The notes beneath the pieces were generated by a model that worked only from the letters and a program-made list of their open reading frames with translations, was not told the origin of the DNA and did no database searches. The position numbers and the translations under genes are program-made. A stretch of DNA of 64,000 nucleotides. Origin: Candidatus Bathyarchaeota archaeon. GTDB lineage: Archaea; Thermoproteota; Bathyarchaeia; 40CM-2-53-6. The stretch lies in NCBI GenBank assembly GCA_963733055.1, contig CAVTBR010000002.1:288001-352000 (forward strand), given 5' to 3'. This document shows, piece by piece, positions 10,441-20,910 of this stretch; within the stretch, counting starts at the first letter, position 1; each line of letters opens with the position of its first letter.

Positions 10441-10884
10441 ATGCGCGCCCCAGCCCAGGTAAGGTTCGAAAAGCTTCAGAAGCTCATCGAAAGAGTTCAC
10501 GAAGAAGCCGAACAAGGCAGAGTCATTGTGGTGGAGGGGCCTCGGGACAAAGAAGCCCTTCGAGAGATGGGTATCAAGGGCAGAATTCTATGTTTACAGA
10601 GCAGCCGTAAGAACACTTTCGGATTCGTCGAGCAACTTGACGGCGAAAGTCAGGTAGTCGTTTTGACAGACTTTGATCGTCAAGGAGTATTCCTAGCCCA
10701 CAGGCTGGCCAGAGTCCTCAATTCGCAAAAGATTCATGCGAACTTAATGTTGTGGCGCGAACTTCGTGGCCTTACTAGATCGGAACTAAGAAGCATTGAA
10801 GAATTGCCTAGGCTTTACGAAAGGCTTCAAGCTGAAGTATATTTCCGCCGCGCCTTGGGTCCAGGGCTTAGACGCCATTCTTAG
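10441..10884 (+). CDS. TOPRIM domain protein
   Basis: VVEGPRD and LTDFDRQG TOPRIM motifs. Confidence 0.88.
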   Translation: MRAPAQVRFEKLQKLIERVHEEAEQGRVIVVEGPRDKEALREMGIKGRILCLQSSRKNTFGFVEQLDGESQVVVLTDFDRQGVFLAHRLARVLNSQKIHANLMLWRELRGLTRSELRSIEELPRLYERLQAEVYFRRALGPGLRRHS

Positions 10885-10896
10885 AAGCAGAAGGCC

Positions 10897-11895
10897 TCAG
10901 AGAGATTTCGCCATCGTTCGAACCATGTCAACCAACCTGTTTGAGTAACCCCATTCGTTATCGTACCAAGCGAACACTTTGACTAACCGGTTATCGAGGA
11001 CCATGGTGGAGAGGGAGTCGAATATGGCCGAGTGTGGATTCCCCACAATGTCCGAGGAGACTAAGGGTTCTTCTGAGTATTCGAGGATCGCACGCATAGG
11101 CCCGCTCGCAGCAGCCTGGAAAGCCTTGTTAACGTAATCCACAGTTATGTCACGTTCGACTTCGGCTACAAAATCTACGATTGAACCGTCTGGAACTGGG
11201 ACGCGGAGCGATACGCCATGCACCTTGCCTTTGAGTTCCGGGAGTACCTCAGCAATCGCAACTGCAGCGCCAGTAGACGTTGGTATTATGGAGAGCGCTG
11301 CGGCTCTGGCCCTTCGAAGGTCACTGTGCGGCGAGTCCTGCAACCGTTGATCACCGGTGTACGCGTGAGCGGTTGTCATGAATCCGTGCTTGATGGTGCA
11401 CGAATCATGCAGGACCTTGACGACTGGTGTTACGCAATTGGTTGTGCAGGATGCAAGTGATACGACGTCATGCTTCTTGGGGTCGTATTTGTCTAGATTT
11501 ACGCCTGGAACTATCGTTATGTCGGGGTTCTTGGCGGGTGCGGAAATCAGCACTTTCTTGGCTCCCCCTTTCATGTGTTTAGCTGCGGCGTCGCGGTTCG
11601 TGAAAAGCCCCGTTGATTCCACAACGACATCCACACCATGTTTTGACCAAGGAATTTCACCCGGGTCTTTCACAGAGAGAATCTTTACGTCTCTACCGTC
11701 AACCTTGAACCCGTCAGGCTGAACCGTGAGAGTTTTCTCGAATCTTCCGAAGACCGAGTCGTACTTGAGCAGGTGAGTAGCGGTCTTGGGATCCATTACG
11801 TCGTTTGCCGCGACAACTTCAAGCCCTGCCTCAGTAGCGGCCCTGAAGAAACAGCGACCGATTCTACCGAACCCGTTTATGCCGATTCTTGCCAT
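10897..11895 (-). CDS. gap: Class I (bacterial-type) glyceraldehyde-3-phosphate dehydrogenase
   Basis: INGFGRIGR, ASCTTNC, WYDNEWGYS. Confidence 0.96.
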   Translation of the reverse strand: MARIGINGFGRIGRCFFRAATEAGLEVVAANDVMDPKTATHLLKYDSVFGRFEKTLTVQPDGFKVDGRDVKILSVKDPGEIPWSKHGVDVVVESTGLFTNRDAAAKHMKGGAKKVLISAPAKNPDITIVPGVNLDKYDPKKHDVVSLASCTTNCVTPVVKVLHDSCTIKHGFMTTAHAYTGDQRLQDSPHSDLRRARAAALSIIPTSTGAAVAIAEVLPELKGKVHGVSLRVPVPDGSIVDFVAEVERDITVDYVNKAFQAAASGPMRAILEYSEEPLVSSDIVGNPHSAIFDSLSTMVLDNRLVKVFAWYDNEWGYSNRLVDMVRTMAKSL

Positions 11896-12071
11896 GATTT
11901 TGGCACTCTGCGCTGGAAGAGGACCAAGTTGCGAATAAGATGTTTTCTTAATCTCGAATTGGAACCCTTTGAGTGCACACAGTTTATATTAGGAACTTCT
12001 GAAGGTACGGATTCGAATGCTCATGTCTCGAACTCAAACAAACGTGAGCAAAATAGGAGGTTCATTCCTAA

Positions 12072-13250
12072 TTGGGATCAAATTCTCAATATGCAGCTAC
12101 GACAAAGTATATGATTGTTGCACGGTTCGATGTGGAGGGCGTAGTAGAGAAGCCTGACGTGATAGGTGCCATCTTCGGTCAAACGGAAGGGTTGTTTGGG
12201 CCGGACCTGGACCTACGCGAGCTTCAAAAATCCGGTCGAATCGGACGCATAGAAATTCAATTGGAATCTAAACAGGACAAGACGTTCGGCGTAATCACGA
12301 TTCCGTCGAGCTTGGACAAGACATCGACCGCGATCATTGCGGCCGCCGTCCAGAGCGTGGACCGGATCGGCCCTTGCATCGCCAAGGTTTCTCTGGAAAA
12401 AGTGGCGGACATAAGAGAGGATAAGCGGAAGCAGATCCTCGACAAAGCCAAAGACATCCTGAGAACGTGGGTGGTCGAGGAATCCCCAAGCACCGACGAG
12501 ATGGTGAAAGACGTCTCGGGCGTGATTCGCTCATCCGACGTCGCCGAATACGGACCAGATCATCTCCCCGCCGGGCCTGATGTTGCAACGAGTGGTTCGA
12601 TCATATTTGTGGAAGGACGCGCGGACATAGTCAACCTGTTGAGGTGCGGGATTAGAAACGCAGTCGCTATCGAAGGGACCAAGATCCCCAGAACAATCAT
12701 CGAACTAAGCAAGAACAAGGAGACCACCGCATTTCTCGACGGAGACCGAGGAGGCGACCTCATACTGAAAGAGCTAATGCAAGTAGCGCCAGTCGACTAC
12801 GTTGCCCGCGCACCGTTGGGCAAAGAAGTAGAAGACTTGGTTCCGAAGGAGATTATGAAGTGCCTTCGCGAAAAAGTGCCCGTTGAGGTCGGGAGACCCA
12901 TAGCCAGGCCGGAACCCATTCAAGCCCCGCGCCCGCCGCTTGTTCAGCTTTCACCGGACATAGTCAACAAAGCCCGTGAACTCAGGGGAACGCTAGAAGG
13001 CATACTCCTAGACTCGACCGCGCATGAGATTGCCCGACTGCCCGTCAGCGAACTTGCGGGGAAGCTTGGAGACTATCAAGGCGTGGAAACTATCGTCTTC
13101 GACGGTGTCGTTACACAGCGGCTTCTTGATCTTGCCGAGGAGCGTGGAGTGAAGGTTGTGGTTGGGGATCGGATAGCCGAACTCACCCGAAGGCCTAGCG
13201 CGGTTAAGATCATGACGCTTCCGGAAGTCGCCGGACCTCCGACCGTCTAG
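12072..13250 (+). CDS. dnaG: Archaeal DnaG (exosome-associated, primase-like)
   Basis: GVVEKPDVIGAIFGQTEGL, VEGRAD, DGDRGG. Confidence 0.95.
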   Translation: MGSNSQYAATTKYMIVARFDVEGVVEKPDVIGAIFGQTEGLFGPDLDLRELQKSGRIGRIEIQLESKQDKTFGVITIPSSLDKTSTAIIAAAVQSVDRIGPCIAKVSLEKVADIREDKRKQILDKAKDILRTWVVEESPSTDEMVKDVSGVIRSSDVAEYGPDHLPAGPDVATSGSIIFVEGRADIVNLLRCGIRNAVAIEGTKIPRTIIELSKNKETTAFLDGDRGGDLILKELMQVAPVDYVARAPLGKEVEDLVPKEIMKCLREKVPVEVGRPIARPEPIQAPRPPLVQLSPDIVNKARELRGTLEGILLDSTAHEIARLPVSELAGKLGDYQGVETIVFDGVVTQRLLDLAEERGVKVVVGDRIAELTRRPSAVKIMTLPEVAGPPTV

Positions 13251-15577
13251 GCAAACACCTGCTCTTCCCTAACCCCGAATCGCTCCAGAATCCGCATCGC
13301 AGCCGGCTTGACCTGATTTTCCACGTAGTATTCCACATCAACTTCGTCCAGTTTGACTTGGTTGTAGGGTTTGGCTTTCTGAAATAATCTCCCGGGCCCC
13401 TTTACGATCACGTAAGCCACTTTATCGCCGAGACTGATGTGCCACCCCTCGGCGATGAGCTTCCTTGCAACCTCCACGTGAGGAACTCTGACCTTGTATT
13501 TCTCAATAGGTTTGGTGAGCGCTTTCCGAATCGTTAGGTCTGCGATCAGAATTTCCCCTTTCCTAACGCGACGAATAGTTTCGCGCACCTTCTCAACAGC
13601 GTCTCCCGTCGATTGCCCGATCAGAATGCTTTGTAAGACCTGTTCTTGCACTTGACGGGCAATGTCTGACCAATCGCCGCGGACAACCTCCAAGCCCACA
13701 ATGTCCAATTCACCGTCCTTACGCAACCCGGCGTAACGTTTCATCGCCTCGATAAACAACAATCGAACGTACTCGCGTTCAATTTTGATATCGAGCCCAA
13801 TCTTGGATTTGACCCAACGGCATAGCTCGTCCACTTTGCCTTTCTCATTAGAAACGAAAATTGAATCGGTGTCCCCGTAGATTACTTTCAATCCCAATGA
13901 TCGAGCCTTCGCTATGGTTTCGGTGATTGTTTGCCTTCCGAGCGCAGCTGCAGACTCAGCAACCTCTTTGACGTACCATCTTGCCCCAGCCCAAGCGGCG
14001 TAACCGTAACAGGCATTCGTAATTACCTTAAGCGCCCGCTCACGTTCCTTCAACACTCGATACAACGTAGAGTGTGAAGGGAGGTCGGCGATTTCCGTCC
14101 TGACCTTGGCTCGTTCGTCGATCAGAGTTGTTAAAGCAATTTTGTAAAACCCATCGGGTTCGCGTAGGAATCTATGCCCGAGCTCGGGAATAACATGGAC
14201 CGAATCCTCAGGCATCTGTTCGTTGGTTTTGACTAATGTGTCGGGTGAGAGATTGTACTTCTTCATGAGGCTAGGGTACATGGAAGCGAAATCGAGCACG
14301 ACAACATTCTCATGCAACCCAGTTTCAGGTTCCAGAACCGTAGCGCCTCGATAAGTGAACAACGATTGTTCAGTCTTCGAGGGAACGAGCTCGCCAATTG
14401 CGTGTGCTTGTCGAATAAGGTAAGAATCCACTCGGAACCCCACAGCCGCAGTCATCACCTGATCGAGCGGCAACCCAGTCACTGCGGAGAGTTGTTCGGG
14501 ATAATCGATCACAGCTTGCGCTATTGCCAGGCAAACCTGAGCCTCCGCTTTTGCGTTTTGGAGGAGCCGTTCCCTACCCTCCTCGTCCATCCAAAGGTCG
14601 TATCGATTCCACTCGTCGATCGTGTGTGAATTGTCTGTGGAAGATATCTCGAGGTACTTCGCTAGACTATGTATGGTTTTGACTTTAACCTCGGGTATGC
14701 CTGATGCAAGTTCGAATAGATCCAGATTCGCGCGCCCCGTTATTGACACGTGTCCGAATAGGCTCGTGTGGGGTTCGCTCAAGTCTCGACCAAGCGTCAA
14801 ACTCTTGTTGCGGCGCATCCACCGTTCTGTCAAATACCGCCAATGAGAGCGGTTACTCTCGAATCCAACGATGACGTCCGGATCATACTCATGAACCAGC
14901 TTGGAGAATGAACTAAGGACCTCGTCGTCATTCTCATTTGATGTCTTGAAAACGGATACCGTGCCTGAATCGGTGGCGGTTGCTATCGCACGCACAGGGT
15001 CCTGTTGGGACTTAGCCGACCCCCTCTTGGAGACCGTTAGAATTGTGAAGGCGAGTAAGCGAAGCTTTGGGGGCGAAACACCTCCAAAACTTGTTGGAGG
15101 CGATAGAGCTAGGTATGCTCTGTCTACCGCTGTCCCATGGACCTCGGCATCAATTACCTCGCACTCATTCCAACCACAAGTCGTCAGCGAGAGATCCGCA
15201 ACATAATGCACCGAAAGTCGAAGGTCGTCGAAACTTGAGCCCCCACCCAGAGCCTTAGAGATTTCCTTTGCATAAGTAGATGCAACATTCGAGTTCGAAC
15301 AGAGTATCTTGAGAGCACGTACATCTCTTCCAAGTAGCTTGCGCTTCACTATTTCCACGTCAACGATTTCACCGAACCTTTTCTTCTCAGCCAGCAATCC
15401 AGCGCGGACTTCGTCCAGGCCCTTTCCGTCATTCGGGAGAAAATGGAAGTACGGCATGATCTGGGTCGCAATGATCAACACCCTAAGTCCATTCTCGTCC
15501 ACACCCCAAAGTCGAACGCAAGGTTTCTTCTCCCATTCTCCCTCGCTCAGATCAAGGAGGTAGAACCTGCACTTCAT
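13247..15577 (-). CDS. polB: Family B DNA polymerase, PolB3-like, with degenerate 3'-5' exonuclease motifs
   Basis: Intact DFASMYPS, KVITNACYGY, YGDTDS; Exo motifs read AFTILT, GFESNRSHW and NAKAEA. Confidence 0.9.
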   Translation of the reverse strand: MKCRFYLLDLSEGEWEKKPCVRLWGVDENGLRVLIIATQIMPYFHFLPNDGKGLDEVRAGLLAEKKRFGEIVDVEIVKRKLLGRDVRALKILCSNSNVASTYAKEISKALGGGSSFDDLRLSVHYVADLSLTTCGWNECEVIDAEVHGTAVDRAYLALSPPTSFGGVSPPKLRLLAFTILTVSKRGSAKSQQDPVRAIATATDSGTVSVFKTSNENDDEVLSSFSKLVHEYDPDVIVGFESNRSHWRYLTERWMRRNKSLTLGRDLSEPHTSLFGHVSITGRANLDLFELASGIPEVKVKTIHSLAKYLEISSTDNSHTIDEWNRYDLWMDEEGRERLLQNAKAEAQVCLAIAQAVIDYPEQLSAVTGLPLDQVMTAAVGFRVDSYLIRQAHAIGELVPSKTEQSLFTYRGATVLEPETGLHENVVVLDFASMYPSLMKKYNLSPDTLVKTNEQMPEDSVHVIPELGHRFLREPDGFYKIALTTLIDERAKVRTEIADLPSHSTLYRVLKERERALKVITNACYGYAAWAGARWYVKEVAESAAALGRQTITETIAKARSLGLKVIYGDTDSIFVSNEKGKVDELCRWVKSKIGLDIKIEREYVRLLFIEAMKRYAGLRKDGELDIVGLEVVRGDWSDIARQVQEQVLQSILIGQSTGDAVEKVRETIRRVRKGEILIADLTIRKALTKPIEKYKVRVPHVEVARKLIAEGWHISLGDKVAYVIVKGPGRLFQKAKPYNQVKLDEVDVEYYVENQVKPAAMRILERFGVREEQVFA

Positions 15578-16062
15578 GAAGTTCTCTTCCGTGAGGGGGC
15601 GGCACCCTCTTGGGATGCACGGTTTAAGGTTAGGCGCATTCTCAATGCAGGCGAACCGTCCGAATAATAATTGTCAATGATCATGACTCCCCTGAAGCCA
15701 AATCTTTCGTAGAACCTGATAGCCTCCTGATTGGTTGTGTTCACTTCCAACCAAACCTCCTGAACTCTTGCGTTCAATTGACTGATGGATTCCTGAATGA
15801 GCGAACTCGCAACTTTCCTCCTTCGGTACTCTTGAAGCACTCCGATTGAAATTAGGTGTGCGAGTTTTCTTGCGGACGAACAAACACAATAACCCACAAC
15901 TTTCTTTGAATCAGTCTCCGCGACTAAGAACTCCTTCGGATGTTCGCGAAGAAGCCGAACCATTAGGGCCTCAGGGTAAGGGTCTGGGAACGAAGTATCC
16001 TCAATTTGGCATATGGACTCCAAGTCATTTCGGGTTGCACGCCTAACTTGGACGGCAGTCAT
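15574..16062 (-). CDS. rimI: RimI/Ard1-like N-acetyltransferase
   Basis: HLISIGV..YRRRKVAS, WLEV..TN..AIRFYERFGF, YYSDG. Confidence 0.85.
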   Translation of the reverse strand: MTAVQVRRATRNDLESICQIEDTSFPDPYPEALMVRLLREHPKEFLVAETDSKKVVGYCVCSSARKLAHLISIGVLQEYRRRKVASSLIQESISQLNARVQEVWLEVNTTNQEAIRFYERFGFRGVMIIDNYYSDGSPALRMRLTLNRASQEGAAPSRKRTS

Positions 16063-16184
16063 TGGTCACGAACTACGAGGAGAATGCGTTGGTTCCAAAT
16101 TACTTTCGCGTAACCGATGCTTGAAGAAGGTTAAATACGGAGAATTGGCTGTGGCCTGTTTCACAAGTTCGCGAGGATGTGCAA

Positions 16185-16592
16185 TTGTCAGAGAAGAAGG
16201 CGGTAGCTCCTCAACGATGGGGAATCGCAAACATCTACTCGTCATTCAATAACACTCTAGTTCACATCACAGACCTGAGCGGTGCCGAAACAATCTCGCG
16301 AAGTGCCGGTGGCCAGCATGTCAAGGCCGATCGACTTCAAGGTTCTCCATATGCCGCAATGCAGGCAGCTGGTGCAGCCGCTCGCGTAGCTAAGGATCGA
16401 GGCATAACCTCACTTCACATTAGAGTTCGTGCCCCAGGCGGGCACAAGGCCCGAACACCCGGCCCCGGAGCCCAAGCCGCCATCAGAATGCTCGCACGCG
16501 CCGGATTCCGAATCGGAAGAATCGAAGACGTGACCCCAGTCCCACATGATGGCACCCGTAGGCCGGGCGGCCGTCGCGGCAGGCGCGTGTAA
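16185..16592 (+). CDS. rps11: 30S ribosomal protein S11 (uS11)
   Basis: [45 protein letters not shown]. Confidence 0.97.
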   Translation: MSEKKAVAPQRWGIANIYSSFNNTLVHITDLSGAETISRSAGGQHVKADRLQGSPYAAMQAAGAAARVAKDRGITSLHIRVRAPGGHKARTPGPGAQAAIRMLARAGFRIGRIEDVTPVPHDGTRRPGGRRGRRV

Positions 16593-16741
16593 TTACCTCA
16601 GTACTCTGAGTACTACTGTTTCGGTGCTCCAGATTCGACTAGGATGCTTTAGCGCAAGATCCCGTCTGCAGAATATGTACCCAAATCCAATCGGATTATG
16701 GTCATATCCGCCACAACCAAACCTGAAAACGCTGAACCCTC

Positions 16742-17998
16742 TTAGGACGCTTTGTAGCGTAGGATCGCAGCGATTCCGCCGAACGAGTCCTTCAACATAA
16801 CTCCTTCATCTGTCTCAGTGGAGATTATTGCGATCTTCGCATTTTGCTTCTCGGCAATGTCGATCAACTCGTCGACCAGATCCACCGAGTTTTCAACGTA
16901 GAGCGCAGTTGCGTTGCATTTCTTGCAAGGTGTCGACATGAGATCCTGTTCGAACTTGACCAAGTTTGCTTGCGGAATTAGTGAGTCGTCCAAGTTGCCG
17001 CAGTTCTTGCACTTGGTGAAGACGTGCAAGATGTTCATCTTCTCAGATACCAGAAGCAGGTCGACAACGCCTGAGTTCAGGTACTTCCGGACTTGCGTTT
17101 CCCCGTAGACGCCGATGCCCGTCTCGTGTCCGATCTCGTAAAGGAACTTCTGTACTAGCTTCTTCTCTTCTAGGTAGCGTACGCCTTTGAGAACTTCTTG
17201 GCTTTTGTTGATTATTTCTTCGACGCCCTGCTCACCGGTGTAGGATGTGTCTATCGTCGCCAGAATCTTCTCTTTGAGCTGGTATTGCAGGTAGTCGCCT
17301 TCTTCGAAGTCATACTTGGTCGGCCCCGGCCCCCCAAGAATTATTCCCTTTAATCCCTGCACTTTGCTAAGCGACTCGTACGAGTGTGTTGCTACTCGCC
17401 TGAAATAGTCGTTCATCGCTTGCTCTCTAATTCTTTCGAATCGCCTTGCCGATTGGCCCCCAGCCCTGTGTTTCCCCGGTATGCCGGAAGTAAAATTTTG
17501 GAGGATCTCCATTCTCTGGCCTCTCACGATACCTACTGTCGCCTCTTGCGAGTCGATGACTATGACGCCGAAAGCGTCGCGTTCTGTAACCATCGCCAAG
17601 AGTGGTTCGGTATGAAATTTCGCGTCGCAGCGGTAGAAGTAGACGTTTATGGGTTCGGGAGGCTCTAAGGCATAGAGCTCCATCTTCTCGGTTCCGGGCC
17701 CATCCCTTGGAATCGCCCCGCAGAAAATCACAAGCCCATTCTTGGGCGGTTCCTTGAACAATTTCAGACGTTGAGTGGTCCTATCTATCGCATCCTGAAC
17801 ATTCTTCCTAGTGGTGCGTGACTTGATGTTAGAGGCGGTTCCGTACTCTTCCCGCAGGTTTGCCATTACCTCGTGAATCTTCCGCCCTGGCGGCACGTAA
17901 AGCGTGATCAGTTCGGTACCGCGCCCTTCCTTGGATGCGAGCATTTCCAATGTCCTTTTGAGCCGAAATCGTGCGACGGAGTCTGCGGTGGCTGACAT
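16742..17998 (-). CDS. prf1: Peptide chain release factor aRF1
   Basis: TASNIKS, YRCD and GGQSARRF motifs; Zn-binding insert in C domain. Confidence 0.97.
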   Translation of the reverse strand: MSATADSVARFRLKRTLEMLASKEGRGTELITLYVPPGRKIHEVMANLREEYGTASNIKSRTTRKNVQDAIDRTTQRLKLFKEPPKNGLVIFCGAIPRDGPGTEKMELYALEPPEPINVYFYRCDAKFHTEPLLAMVTERDAFGVIVIDSQEATVGIVRGQRMEILQNFTSGIPGKHRAGGQSARRFERIREQAMNDYFRRVATHSYESLSKVQGLKGIILGGPGPTKYDFEEGDYLQYQLKEKILATIDTSYTGEQGVEEIINKSQEVLKGVRYLEEKKLVQKFLYEIGHETGIGVYGETQVRKYLNSGVVDLLLVSEKMNILHVFTKCKNCGNLDDSLIPQANLVKFEQDLMSTPCKKCNATALYVENSVDLVDELIDIAEKQNAKIAIISTETDEGVMLKDSFGGIAAILRYKAS

Positions 17999-18113
17999 TG
18001 GAAATTGCGCTAAGCATGCGTTAGGTTGCGGATTTTATATACGTTGGTCAACGGGTCGGGTTCCAAGAAATCAAATAACCCTCCAAAGAGGACTTACTGG
18101 CAAGGAACGGGCG

Positions 18114-18791
18114 TTGAAAGCAGTCATCAAACTGGGCGGCTTTGCCTTCCCGACCGGGTTGGAGAAGCCTCTAGTCACGGAATATGTGAAATTGCTCCGA
18201 GAGTTAGTGGGAGAGCACCATCTCGTAGTTGTTACCGGCGGCGGCGGGACCGCGCGCAGCTACATCAAAGCGGCTCGGGGTATGGGCGTTTCCGAGTCAC
18301 TGTGCGACCAACTCGGAATTCTCGTAAGCAGATTGAACGCACGACTACTCGTTGATGGCTTAGGAGAATATGCGTTCCCGGAGATACCTGTCAACATAGA
18401 CGAACTGAGGCATAACTTCGCCTCGGGAAAAATCGTGGCGATGGGCGGCCTAACGCCGGGACACTCAACTAACGCGGTCGCCGCCATAGCCGCGGAAACA
18501 GTAGGAGCCGAACTATTCGTTAACGCCACGGACGTCGATGGCGTGTACACCAGCGACCCTGGAAAGGATAAGGATGCGAAGAAGCTGGAGAAGGTTTCCG
18601 TAACCCAGCTTACGGAAATCCTATCAAAGACAGGCATGACGGCGGGCGACTACGATCTTATGGACCCGCTCGCACTACGCATAATCGGACGCTCCAAACT
18701 CTCCACCGTAATAGTCGACGGAAGAAAAACATCGAACGTGGCGCAAGCACTACGAAATGAAAATGTCGGCACGTCGATCGTTCACGGGTAG
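18114..18791 (+). CDS. pyrH: Uridylate kinase
   Basis: VIKLGG, GGGGTAR, PGHSTNAVAA, TDVDGVY..DP; start reassigned to TTG at 18114. Confidence 0.93.
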   Translation: MKAVIKLGGFAFPTGLEKPLVTEYVKLLRELVGEHHLVVVTGGGGTARSYIKAARGMGVSESLCDQLGILVSRLNARLLVDGLGEYAFPEIPVNIDELRHNFASGKIVAMGGLTPGHSTNAVAAIAAETVGAELFVNATDVDGVYTSDPGKDKDAKKLEKVSVTQLTEILSKTGMTAGDYDLMDPLALRIIGRSKLSTVIVDGRKTSNVAQALRNENVGTSIVHG

Positions 18792-18802
18792 GGGCTCTTT
18801 CC

Positions 18803-19084
18803 TTGTCAAAACTAAGCGACGTTTTCCAATCGAAGGCACAAGTAAAACTACTCGAGTACTTCCTAGACAACTCCGGCATGCAGAAGGTCTTCAACCAAGC
18901 AACCCTGGCGAATTTCCTCGGCCTATCGCCCTCCACCGTCGCGCGGATCGTGGAACCCCTGATCAAGGAAAAAATACTCTTGTACGACCGCTTTGACCGC
19001 GGAATGAAGATATTCACCCTGAATGAAGGTGAAGAAAAGACCAAGGCTTTGATCGAGTTTCATCGTAAACTCAAAGAACTATAG
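18803..19084 (+). CDS. Winged helix-turn-helix protein
   Basis: QATLANFLGLSPSTVARIVEPL HTH. Confidence 0.8.
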   Translation: MSKLSDVFQSKAQVKLLEYFLDNSGMQKVFNQATLANFLGLSPSTVARIVEPLIKEKILLYDRFDRGMKIFTLNEGEEKTKALIEFHRKLKEL

Positions 19085-19144
19085 AACCAAAGCAGACTCA
19101 ACTACGGGCCATATCCATGGCAAATAGAAACTCGCGGTAGAATG

Positions 19145-19339
19145 TTACTTTTCACGGTTAGCTATGGATTTGAACTTGTCAGCTAATGATTCACAGATTA
19201 AAGAGCAGACTCGCCATTGTCTAAGGTTGTAGTTTATTCTCAGCTCTTCGAGAGCTTCGACGACCTTGTCCTCCTCTTCTGGCGTCACTGCTAGTCCCGT
19301 CTTGGAACCGGCGGATAATTTGGCGGAACTATTAAGCAT
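19145..19339 (-). CDS. Small hypothetical protein
   Basis: 64-aa ORF with plausible composition, filling the gap after cutA. Confidence 0.35.
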   Translation of the reverse strand: MLNSSAKLSAGSKTGLAVTPEEEDKVVEALEELRINYNLRQWRVCSLICESLADKFKSIANREK

Positions 19340-19377
19340 TCTCCGAATTGATCGTGTGCGTCGTGTGCTATTCTCTT

Positions 19378-19692
19378 TTAGGAGCGTGTTTCATTATCCA
19401 ACCATTTCAGGTAAGAAGTTAAGCCGTCGTTGATCTTCAGCGAAACTATTTCCGGAACTTGAGATCGATTGAGTGCACAGATTCGTGTTTTCAGTCTTGC
19501 GAATGATTCTGATCTGGTCTTGATTATGAGAAGCCATTCGGATTCATTTTGGAGTTTATTATTCCAACGAAAGAAGGAAGTCACGGGCAGTATGTTTACG
19601 CATGCCGCGAGTCTTCTCTTCACGAGCTCTCGCGCGATCAGTCTGGCTTCCCTTTTGCTTCCACAAGTTGAGAGCACTACAACCCGGACCAT
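19378..19692 (-). CDS. cutA: Divalent-cation tolerance protein CutA
   Basis: LVKRRLAACVN, SFFRW, IKT, VPEI. Confidence 0.93.
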   Translation of the reverse strand: MVRVVVLSTCGSKREARLIARELVKRRLAACVNILPVTSFFRWNNKLQNESEWLLIIKTRSESFARLKTRICALNRSQVPEIVSLKINDGLTSYLKWLDNETRS

Positions 19693-19747
19693 GTATGTTC
19701 CAGAATGTTTTAGTTGAACACCCTAATTTCACTGCCGAAGACCTAGA

Positions 19748-20905
19748 TTGACATCCCCACTGATCCTTCTCGCCAGCTACATCGCGGTCTGGGCGGTCAT
19801 ATGCATAGCATGGTGGGGCTTCAGAGCGGAGAGGTTTGGAATCAGTGGACCTCCCTACTACTTGATCTACCGAACCGCCCGCCTAAATAAGTGGATTGAA
19901 AGAATTTCCTCGTTCAGGCCAACCGCTTGGCGAACGATCTGGAACGTGGGCATCGTTACCGCATTCGGACTGATGGTGTTGGCATTCGATTTTCTCGGCA
20001 AGAATTTGACATTCCTCATAGTCAAACCCCAACAGGCAGGCGCCATTCAACCAATTATACCCATACCGGGAGTTGGCGTTTCCTTCGAAACCTTCCCATA
20101 CCTAATTCTTGCGTTATCCGTGCTCCTCGCGTCCCATGAGCTGTCACACGGAATAGCAAGCCTAGGCGAACACATTCCACTCAAATCTACCGGTCTGCTT
20201 TTCGTACATGTCGTAATGGGGGGATTCGTTGAACCCGAAGAAGAGAAATTGAGCCAGGCCAGGAACATTTCGAAGCTTCGAGTCTTCGCCGCGGGATCGT
20301 ACGCGAATGTTGTTCTTGGGGTTCTTTTCTTATTTCTCCTCGCGAATTTCGCTGCGACGACCGCGGTATTCTACACCAACGGCGGCGTCTCAATAAACTC
20401 AATCTCAACCACTTTGCCCGTATACAGCTCAGGGCTCCACATTGGCGATACCGTGACAAGCATAAACTCGACAAGAATCTCGGATATTGCTGAGCTGCGA
20501 AGCTACATGGGGTCAGTGACACCCGGAGAAGTAATTTTGCTTGGGACTCAGCGAGGAACATTTCAAGTCAAGACAACCGCAGACCCCAGCAATTCTAGCC
20601 ATGCATTGATCGGCATTTCGTTAGGCGACGCGTACAATGCCAAGATACCGTCTCTCGCATTTATCCAACCCCAGACCGTCGGCAATGCGGAGTTCTGGCT
20701 CGCGAATGTCCTCATTAGCGTTGCTTTCATCAACATGTTACCTATGCCCATTTTTGATGGATCCAAGTTCCTTGACGTAATCTTGGATGCATTTCGGATC
20801 AAGAGAGCCAAAGAAGTTCGAATGACTATCTATGCTGTCTCCATAGCGCTACTAGCATTGAATGTGATCATATCTTGGATTAGATTCGGCTTCCTAAGGT
20901 ACTGA
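19748..20905 (+). CDS. Site-2 protease (M50) with PDZ-like insert
   Basis: HELSHG, AAGSYAN, NMLPMPIFDG; multiple TMs. Confidence 0.92.
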   Translation: MTSPLILLASYIAVWAVICIAWWGFRAERFGISGPPYYLIYRTARLNKWIERISSFRPTAWRTIWNVGIVTAFGLMVLAFDFLGKNLTFLIVKPQQAGAIQPIIPIPGVGVSFETFPYLILALSVLLASHELSHGIASLGEHIPLKSTGLLFVHVVMGGFVEPEEEKLSQARNISKLRVFAAGSYANVVLGVLFLFLLANFAATTAVFYTNGGVSINSISTTLPVYSSGLHIGDTVTSINSTRISDIAELRSYMGSVTPGEVILLGTQRGTFQVKTTADPSNSSHALIGISLGDAYNAKIPSLAFIQPQTVGNAEFWLANVLISVAFINMLPMPIFDGSKFLDVILDAFRIKRAKEVRMTIYAVSIALLALNVIISWIRFGFLRY

Positions 20906-20910
20906 CAACG

